64,000 bases of DNA from Nocardioidaceae bacterium (lineage in GTDB: Bacteria > Actinomycetota > Actinomycetes > Propionibacteriales > Nocardioidaceae), in NCBI GenBank assembly GCA_046330515.1, contig JAXLSP010000006.1, positions 55,068 to 119,067 of the forward strand, read 5' to 3'. The notes beneath the pieces were generated by a model. That model worked only from the letters and a program-made list of their open reading frames with translations, searched no databases and had not been told where the DNA came from. A program made the translations under genes and the position numbers. Below are positions 57,343-64,000 of this stretch, piece after piece. Every line of letters begins with the position of its first letter. The stretch's first letter is position 1.

Positions 57343-59372
57343 CAGGTCGCGACCTGCACCGCTCCCGCTACGGCCGCTATCTCGGCGGCGACCCGCTCGC
57401 GCCGCCGGTCGACCTCGCCGAGGCCCTGGACGCGATCGGCCAGGACGTGATGGCGGGCTACAGCCCCGAGCGGGCGATGCGCGAGTTCCTCCGCCGCGGA
57501 GGAGCCGGGCAGGACGGCCTCGACGACCTGGCCGCCCGCGTCGCCGCCAAGCGGCGCGAGCTGCTGCGCGAGCACCGGATGGACGGCACGCTGCAGGAGG
57601 TGCGCGAGCTGCTCGACCGAGCCGTCCTCAACGAGCGCAAGCAGCTGGCGCGGGACGTCACCATGGACGAGGGCGACCGGGCCCTGCGCGAGATGCAGAT
57701 GGACGCGCTGCCTCCGAGCACGGCCGCGGCGGTCAACGAGCTGTCGACGTACGACTGGCAGAGCAGCGAGGCCCGTGAGGACTTCGAGCGCATCAAGGAC
57801 CTGCTCGGCCGTGAGCTGCTCGACCAGCGCTTCGCCGGGATGAAGCAGGCCCTCGAGAACGCGACGGACGAGGACCGGGCCGCCGTCAACGCGATGCTCC
57901 AGGACCTCAACGAGCTCCTCGAGGCACACGGGCGGGGCGAGGACACCGCCGAGCAGTTCCAGGACTTCATGGACAAGCACGGCGCCTTCTTCCCGGAGAA
58001 CCCCCAGAACGTCGAGGAGCTCGTCGACGCGCTCGCCTCGCGTGCGGCGGCCGCCCAGCGGATGCTCAACTCGATGACGGCAGCGCAGCGCGCGGAGCTG
58101 ATGGCTCTGTCGGAGCAGGCGTTCGGGTCGCCCGAGCTCATGCAGTCGCTGTCCCAGCTGGACGCCAACCTGCGCGGCCTGCGGCCGGGCGAGGACTGGT
58201 CCGGCTCGGAACGGTTCGACGGCGAGCAGGGCATGGGCCTCGGCGACGGCACCGGCGTCCTCCAGGACCTCGCCGACCTCGACGCCCTGGCCGAGCAGCT
58301 CGCACAGTCCTACCCCGGCGCCCGGATGGACGACGTCGACCTCGACCTGCTGGCCCGCCAGCTCGGTGACGAGGCGGCCGTCGACGCACGGACGCTGGCC
58401 GAGCTCGAGCGCGCGCTGCGCGACTCGGGCTACCTCAAGCGCGGCAGCGACGGCCAGCTGCGGCTGTCGCCCAAGGCGATGCGACAGCTCGGCAAGGCGC
58501 TGCTGCGCGACGTCGCCGCGCGGATGTCGGGTCGCACGGGCCAGCGCGACATGCGGCAGGCCGGCGCGGCCGGGGAGCGCTCCGGTGCGACCCGCGAGTG
58601 GGCGTTCGGCGACACCGAGCCGTGGGACGTGACGCGGACGATGACCAACGCCGTACGGCGCTCCGCCGCCGAGGGTCGCGACCCGCGCGACCTCCGTCTC
58701 GACGTCCGCGACGTGGAGGTGCAGGAGACCGAGGCCCGCACGCAGGCCGCCGTCGCGCTGCTCGTGGACACGTCGTTCTCGATGGCGATGGACGGCCGCT
58801 GGGTGCCGATGAAGCGCACCGCCCTGGCGCTGCACACCCTCATCCGCTCGCGCTTCCGTGGCGACCACCTCCAGCTCATCGGCTTCGGCCGGCACGCCCA
58901 GGTGATGGACATCGAGGAGCTGACCGCGCTCGACGCGATGTGGGACAAGGGCACCAACCTGCACCACGCGCTGCTCCTGGCCAACCGACACTTCCGCAAG
59001 CACCCCTCGGCGCAGCCGGTGCTCCTCGTGGTCACCGACGGCGAGCCGACGTCCCACCTGGAGCCGGACGGTGAGGTGTTCTTCTCCTACCCGCCGCATC
59101 CCCTGACGGTGGCCTATGCCGTGCGCGAGCTCGACGCGGCGGGCCGGCTCGGCGCCCAGGCGACGTTCTTCCGGCTGGGCGAGGACCCCGGTCTCGCCCG
59201 GTTCATCGACCAGATGGCCAAGCGCGTCGACGGCCGGGTCGTCTCCCCCGAACTCGACGACCTCGGCGCGGCCGTGGTCGGGTCCTACCTCGGGTCGCGC
59301 GGCCCGGCATCGGCCTATCGCGAGCAGTTCGGCGGATGGTTCGGCTCGCGCGGCTTCTGGGTCGGCGACTGA
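57339..59372 (+). CDS. von Willebrand factor A domain protein
   Basis: ATGA overlap with the ATPase gene. MIDAS-like VALLVDTSFSM...TNLHHAL...LLVVTDGEPT. Confidence 0.8.
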   Translation: MTGRDLHRSRYGRYLGGDPLAPPVDLAEALDAIGQDVMAGYSPERAMREFLRRGGAGQDGLDDLAARVAAKRRELLREHRMDGTLQEVRELLDRAVLNERKQLARDVTMDEGDRALREMQMDALPPSTAAAVNELSTYDWQSSEAREDFERIKDLLGRELLDQRFAGMKQALENATDEDRAAVNAMLQDLNELLEAHGRGEDTAEQFQDFMDKHGAFFPENPQNVEELVDALASRAAAAQRMLNSMTAAQRAELMALSEQAFGSPELMQSLSQLDANLRGLRPGEDWSGSERFDGEQGMGLGDGTGVLQDLADLDALAEQLAQSYPGARMDDVDLDLLARQLGDEAAVDARTLAELERALRDSGYLKRGSDGQLRLSPKAMRQLGKALLRDVAARMSGRTGQRDMRQAGAAGERSGATREWAFGDTEPWDVTRTMTNAVRRSAAEGRDPRDLRLDVRDVEVQETEARTQAAVALLVDTSFSMAMDGRWVPMKRTALALHTLIRSRFRGDHLQLIGFGRHAQVMDIEELTALDAMWDKGTNLHHALLLANRHFRKHPSAQPVLLVVTDGEPTSHLEPDGEVFFSYPPHPLTVAYAVRELDAAGRLGAQATFFRLGEDPGLARFIDQMAKRVDGRVVSPELDDLGAAVVGSYLGSRGPASAYREQFGGWFGSRGFWVGD

Positions 59373-59391
59373 GCCGAGCCGTCCGGCCGGG

Positions 59392-59757
59392 TCAGCTCAC
59401 GCAGAGGCAGAACGGGTGACCGGCCGGGTCGAGGAAGACCCGGAAGGTCGTGCCGGGCTGGTGGTCGGCCTTCGTCGCGCCCAGCTCGAGGACCTCCGGC
59501 TCGCTGGACTCGAAGTCGAGGACCATGACGTCGAGGTGCAGCTGCTGGGGCCGCTCCTGCCCCGGCCAGACCGGGGGCTGGTAGCCCTCGACCCGCTGGA
59601 AGCAGATGCAGGAGCTCTGGTCCTCGGGCCGGATGTCGGCCCAGCCGCCGTCGTCGTCGACACTGACCTGCCAGCCGAGGAGGGCGCCATAGAACGCCGC
59701 CAGCGTGCCCGGGTCGGGGCAGTCGAACACGAACGAGGGATAACGTGCGATCGCCAT
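59392..59757 (-). CDS. VOC/glyoxalase-like (Glyoxalase_6-type) protein
   Basis: FVFDCPDPGTLAAFYGALLGW...QLHLDV...LDPAGHPFCL. Confidence 0.7.
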   Translation of the reverse strand: MAIARYPSFVFDCPDPGTLAAFYGALLGWQVSVDDDGGWADIRPEDQSSCICFQRVEGYQPPVWPGQERPQQLHLDVMVLDFESSEPEVLELGATKADHQPGTTFRVFLDPAGHPFCLCVS

Positions 59758-59766
59758 CCGGCCACC

Positions 59767-61040
59767 CTAGACGGGTGCTCCGACAGTGCTGTCCGGCTCG
59801 CGCGCACGGTCCATCGCACGGAAGGACGGCAGCACGAGCGGGGCCATCGTCGCGGCGAAGTAGGCGATGCCGATGACCAGCAGGCCGGGGGAGAGGCCGA
59901 TGCCCGCCACGACCAGGCCGCCCGTGAGGCCGCCGAGCGGCATCAGCCCCCAGGCGAGGGACGACGCCAAGGAGCTCACCCGGCCATAGACGTGGGCGGG
60001 GATCCGCTCATAGAACACCGCACCCAGGATCGGGTTGAGGAAGCCCGAGGCGAAGCCCCCGACGACACAGACGGCCAGCACGGCGCCGAGCGGGGCGCCG
60101 ACGGCGAGCACGACGAAGCGCGGCAGTCCGGTGACGAGGAAGGCGAGCACATAGAGCTTGAAGCGCGGCAGGCGCTCGCCGTACGCCGCCGCCGCGAGCG
60201 CGCCGACGATGGAGGCGCCGGCGAACACCGAGAACACCAGGCCGACGGTGCCCGCGCCGCGCCCGGAGTCGTGGGCCCAGACCGGCACCAGGACCGCGCT
60301 GTAGGCGAGGTCGAGCAGGTTGGTGACCGCGACCATGAGCGAGAGCGCCAGCACCACGCTCTCCTGGCGCAGGAACCGCCACCCGGTGCGCAGCTGCGCC
60401 CAGTAGCCCTCCGCTGTACCCTCGTCGCGGTCGGCGGGCGGCCGCGCGACCAGCCGCCGAGTCGTCCAGCCGAGCACCAGCGCGCTGAGGCCGAAGGACG
60501 CCGCGTCGACCAGCAGTGCCGGGGCCGGGCCGATCAGGGCCACGAGCCCGCCGGCGAACGCGGCGCCGAGCATCGACGCCGTGCGCTCGACCCCACTGGT
60601 GAGACCGGTGGTCCGCTCCAGCGGGACGCCGGCCTCGGCCGAGACGGCCGGCACGAGGGTGTATTTCGCGGCGTCGCCCGGCCCGCGCAGAGCGCCGCCC
60701 AGGGCGACGAGCCCGAGGAGGACCGGGAGGGTGAGCAGGCCGACCGCGTGCAGCAACGGCACGAGCCCGACGGCCACCACGCTGGCCGCGTCGCACACGA
60801 TGGCCACGCGTCGTCCGCCGACCCGGTCGATGACGGGCCGCCGAGCGCCTTGACCAGGACCAGCGGGGTCATCTCGGCGAACGCGACGAGACCCGTCTGG
60901 GTCGCCGAGCCGGTGGTGGTGAGGACGAACCAAGGCAGCGCGATCATCGACACCCGGGTGCCGGTCATCGAGATCGCCTCGGCGGTCAGCAGGCCGCGCA
61001 GCGGCAGCCTCGACGACGTCGCCGTCCCCGCTCGGGTCAC
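59767..61040 (-). pseudogene. MFS transporter interrupted by a single-base frameshift near 60836-60842 (or a sequencing error)
   Basis: The N-terminal 66 codons (VTRAG...LVLVKALGG) are in the frame of ORF 60534..61367. The rest (PVIDRVGGRRVAIV...) is in the frame of ORF 59767..61170. Junction reads GGC GGC CC-G TCA TCG. GTGA overlap with the arsR stop. Confidence 0.7.
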
Positions 61041-61594
61041 GACAGCGCCTGCCCGGGCAGCGGGAACGTCGAGAGCTGGACGACGAACGGGGCCGCGCCC
61101 TCGGTGTCCTCCGGCTCGTCGGGCTCGGCCTCGACGACGGCGACCAGCGCCTTGAGGAGCGCCCGGGCACGCTGCGGTGTCAGGCGCACCGCCCAGTCGC
61201 TGATCGTGCTCGCCCGGCTCCAGTCCTCGGGAAGGAAGGGTCGTTCGTCGAGCGCCCGGTGCTGCTGCTCGGCATACATGACGGCGACCGCTCGCACATA
61301 GGCCGACATGGCCTCGGGGTCGCCGCCGTCGCCCTGGGTGCGGGTGCTCTGGTGAGCCGCCCGCCACCAGCGCTCACGGCCGTTGCCGAGCCCGGGGTCG
61401 TCGGCGATGAAGCCGTGCTGGGCGAGCTGACGCAGGTGGTAGGACGTGGCGCCCGTGTTGAGCCCGAGCCGCTCGGCGAGGGTGGTGGCCGTCGCGGGGC
61501 CCTCGATGCGCAGCATCCCGAGCATCCGCAGCCGGACCGGGTGTGCCAGGGCCTTGAGGCCGCTGGGGTCGGGGGAGACGGCGGAGGAGTCCAT
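61037..61594 (-). CDS. ArsR-family winged-helix transcriptional regulator
   Basis: LKALAHPVRLRMLGMLRIEGPATATTLAERLGLNTGATSYHLRQLAQHGFI. Confidence 0.85.
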   Translation of the reverse strand: MDSSAVSPDPSGLKALAHPVRLRMLGMLRIEGPATATTLAERLGLNTGATSYHLRQLAQHGFIADDPGLGNGRERWWRAAHQSTRTQGDGGDPEAMSAYVRAVAVMYAEQQHRALDERPFLPEDWSRASTISDWAVRLTPQRARALLKALVAVVEAEPDEPEDTEGAAPFVVQLSTFPLPGQALS

Positions 61595-61620
61595 GTCCCC
61601 AGGCTAGATCACAAAGAAAC

Positions 61621-61630
61621 CTTTGCAAAG
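61621..61630. promoter_or_regulatory. AT-rich perfect palindrome CTTTGCAAAG upstream of arsR (candidate operator)
   Basis: 27-36 nt upstream of ATG 61594, followed by a TTTGCAA repeat at 61636-61642. It is the most AT-rich patch in this part of the window. Confidence 0.3.
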
Positions 61631-61631
61631 A

Positions 61632-62516
61632 TCAGTTTGCAATCTCCGCGGCTGCGTCGTCCTCGTCGGGGTCCTCGCCGTCCTCGGATCCGTCCTCCCG
61701 GGCGCCGCCACGCTCGCGACGGGGTCGGAACGAGTGGTGCACCCCGAGGACGCCCCGCACGGCCTCCTCGTCGAACGGCTCACCGAGCCACGCGAACAGC
61801 CCACGGAGGACGGTCGGGTCGGCGATGAACTCGTCGTAGACGATGTGGTAGGCCGCGTCCCCGAGCTCGTCGCGCAGGCGAAGCAGCATGGCCTCGCGCT
61901 CCCGGAGCTCCATGAGGGCCGCCGGGTCGTCGCCCCACCAGGCGCTTCGCGAGACCGAGCTCAGGTCCCGGGTGTTGACGACGAACCGGGCCTCGGGGAA
62001 CACCTCCCGCAGCCAGGCCACGAACTCCGGCGTGTCGGGCTCGCCCCAGAGGATCTCCTTGAAGCCGGTCACCCGGGTGTCGGGCTCGGGCCTCAGGATG
62101 GTGGCGACCGCCAGCTTGCGGGCGAAGCGCAGCGCGGCGCGGTGGGCGTAGTTGTCCATCCCGAACAGGGGCGACGTCGTGTCGGAGGTGCCCTCCTCGG
62201 CGCCCCGCAGTCGCTGCTTGCGGCGCTGCACCCGGCGCTCGGCGACGCCGGTGGCGTCGTAGGCCCACACGTGCCGCAGGATCTGCCGGTTCTCACCCCG
62301 GATGAGGTAGCCCGGGATGCTGTTGAGGATGCCCTGCACCAGCGTCGAGCCCGAGCGGCCGTAGGTCACCACGAAGACGTAGCCGAGCTGTCGGTCGCGC
62401 TCGAACTCCGCGATCCGGGCGCGCGCCTGGTCACGCTCGGCGGTCAGTCGGGCGATCAGCTCGTCGCGCGGACGGAGGTGGCTGCGGGCCAGGCGGCGCG
62501 TGATGCGGCTCCACAC
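61632..62516 (-). CDS. PAPS-type sulfotransferase (third in window)
   Basis: GTG at 62516 (GGAAGGGA upstream). FVVTYGRSGSTLVQGIL 5'-PSB motif and VVNTRDLSSVSRSAW. Acidic tail. The upstream part of ORF 61632..63665 is a shadow frame of the propeller gene. Confidence 0.75.
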   Translation of the reverse strand: MWSRITRRLARSHLRPRDELIARLTAERDQARARIAEFERDRQLGYVFVVTYGRSGSTLVQGILNSIPGYLIRGENRQILRHVWAYDATGVAERRVQRRKQRLRGAEEGTSDTTSPLFGMDNYAHRAALRFARKLAVATILRPEPDTRVTGFKEILWGEPDTPEFVAWLREVFPEARFVVNTRDLSSVSRSAWWGDDPAALMELREREAMLLRLRDELGDAAYHIVYDEFIADPTVLRGLFAWLGEPFDEEAVRGVLGVHHSFRPRRERGGAREDGSEDGEDPDEDDAAAEIAN

Positions 62517-62575
62517 GGCAGCGAGCCTAGTCCCTTCCGAGGCGAGGCTGCCCTCACCCTGCCGGGCGTGGGCGG

Positions 62576-63706
62576 TCAGCGGAAGAACGCGAGGTAGCGC
62601 TGCCGGTGGCCCTCCATCGTGGAGAAGTTCCCACCGACCACCACCCCCGTGGCGGTGACCGCGATGGTGCGCACGCCCCACACGCTGTTGACGACCGGCG
62701 CGAAGGTCGGGTCGGCGACACCGGTGGCGGCGTCGAGGACCTGCAGGCGCGAGGTCGAGGAGTCGAGCGCGCCCTCGGCGAACCCCGTCCAGACCTTGCC
62801 GCCGGCGTAGGTGACCTCGTGGACGTCGCCGACGACCTTGTGCCGCCACAGCCGCTGACCGGTCGCCGTCGACCAGGCGACGGCGCTGTTGATGTCGCCG
62901 CCGATGGCCCCGAAGAGCACCGTCCCGTCGGGGCTGATGTCCAGCGCGCGGGTGGTCGCGGGCTTCTCGACCCTGAAGGGCTTGAGGTTGCCGTTGGCCG
63001 CGTTGACGAGCGCCACCTTGGGCTGGGCCACGCCGTCGTAGGCGACGAAGTTGCCGGCGACATAGAGGTCGTTGCCGCTGCCGGCGGGGGGCGCGACGAT
63101 CGCCCTGACCATGTCCTCCAGGACCGGCTTGAAACCGCCGGGTACGGCGCCCGACGTGGCAGCGACCTTGGTCAGGTAGGCCTGGCGCTTGCCGTTCACG
63201 CAGGTGAAGGTCCCGCCGACATAGAGCATGCCGTGGTCGACCTCGAGGGCTCGCACGGTGTTGTTCAGGTGGACGTCGAACTTCTTGTCCACGGCTCCCG
63301 TGCTCGCCGACAGCTTGACGAGCCGCTCCTCGTCCCGGCCGCCGACCGAGGTGAACTCGCCACCCGCCCACACGGTGTCGCCCTGCGCCTCGAGAGCCCA
63401 GACGACACCGTCGGCGTTGGGGCTCCACGGCAGCAGGGCACCCGTGGACGCCGAGAAGGCCGCGAGGTGCGGCCGCATCTGGGTCTGGCCCTTGGGGTCG
63501 ACGACCTCGGTGAACCGTCCACCGACATAGACCGTGTCGCCGATCACAGTGGAGGCATAGACGGGACCGTTGACCTGCCACGAGGTCTCCGGGGTGTCGT
63601 CGATCACTCCGGCGTGTGCGGGAGCCGACACGGCGGACAGGGCAAGCAGGAGGGGCACGGCGCACAGGGCGCTACGCCCCGAGACAGTGAGGCGCATGTC
63701 GACCAT
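62576..63706 (-). CDS. Secreted beta-propeller-like repeat protein (fourth paralog, propeller only)
   Basis: Signal peptide ends VSAPAHA. SWQVNGPVYASTVIGDTVYVGGRFTEV... matches the N-termini of the 14916 and 19500 proteins. Start is 63706 or 63697. Confidence 0.75.
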   Translation of the reverse strand: MVDMRLTVSGRSALCAVPLLLALSAVSAPAHAGVIDDTPETSWQVNGPVYASTVIGDTVYVGGRFTEVVDPKGQTQMRPHLAAFSASTGALLPWSPNADGVVWALEAQGDTVWAGGEFTSVGGRDEERLVKLSASTGAVDKKFDVHLNNTVRALEVDHGMLYVGGTFTCVNGKRQAYLTKVAATSGAVPGGFKPVLEDMVRAIVAPPAGSGNDLYVAGNFVAYDGVAQPKVALVNAANGNLKPFRVEKPATTRALDISPDGTVLFGAIGGDINSAVAWSTATGQRLWRHKVVGDVHEVTYAGGKVWTGFAEGALDSSTSRLQVLDAATGVADPTFAPVVNSVWGVRTIAVTATGVVVGGNFSTMEGHRQRYLAFFR

Positions 63707-64000
63707 TCTTGGGCGGGACACACGGGCTCCGCAGGCAAACAGGGATTTCGTGCCGGCGTGACTTCGACCGCCTCGCGTCCCGTCCACCGGCATGCAAACG
63801 GACGGATGTGGCAGGACCCGCCCGGGCCGGGTCGGCATGAGACGACTACGGACGAGGGTGGGCGTCAGCGGCGTGATCACCCTCACGGTTTGAGAGAAGC
63901 CCTTGTTTCATTGAGGATTCTCGCCCGGAACAGCCTTGAAACGGGCTCGTAACCTCGCCTGGGTAGCGTCGTCGACGACCCGCAAGATCTCCCCGTCCTC

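Noticed and set aside
59116-61155. 679-aa plus-strand ORF antisense to the VOC and MFS genes
   Set aside because: Arg/Gly/Asp-rich shadow frame. The opposite strand encodes a clear polytopic MFS protein.
62517-63665. N-terminal part of the 677-aa ORF 61632..63665, which would fuse a long extension to the sulfotransferase
   Set aside because: The extension is an alternative frame of the propeller gene (62576..63706) and is Arg/Gly-rich. The sulfotransferase domain starts near GTG 62516, which has an SD-like GGAAGGGA upstream.

Overview
Very GC-rich actinobacterial chromosomal segment. The gene order mfd - mazG - eno - ftsB-like - DUF501 - ppx is the arrangement conserved in Mycobacterium and related actinobacteria. 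I did no computed statistics or database searches; every call comes from reading the ORF translations and the DNA by eye.

(1) 0-9.5 kb: a Wzx/Wzy-type surface-polysaccharide locus. It holds a GT2, a hexapeptide acetyltransferase, a Wzy-like polymerase, a Wzz/BY-kinase-like protein, a Wzx flippase, two PAPS-type sulfotransferases and an APH-like kinase.

(2) 9.7-21.9 kb: six consecutive plus-strand genes for large secreted proteins, followed directly by cysQ. Three are ~50-60 aa repeat (beta-propeller-like) proteins decorated with fibrinogen-related, FN3, PKD, CBM-like and LamG modules. They are interleaved with two GH16 hydrolases and one GH-A-like hydrolase.

(3) 22-51 kb: mostly housekeeping genes (serpin, mfd, mazG, eno, ftsB-like, ppx, UDG, cbs, argS). 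This stretch also has an IS110-family insertion, a 28-bp perfect hairpin, and a well-formed but atypical 74-nt tRNA with anticodon UAA.

(4) 51-64 kb: a DosR/DevR-like two-component system with recognisable Dos-box palindromes, an AAA-ATPase/VWA pair, an ArsR-MFS operon whose MFS gene carries a frameshift, and a third sulfotransferase paired with a fourth propeller protein.

The most unusual content is the sulfotransferase + cysQ + secreted lectin-like propeller + GH16 association, which occurs at two places in the window. No rRNA, CRISPR array or prophage was seen.
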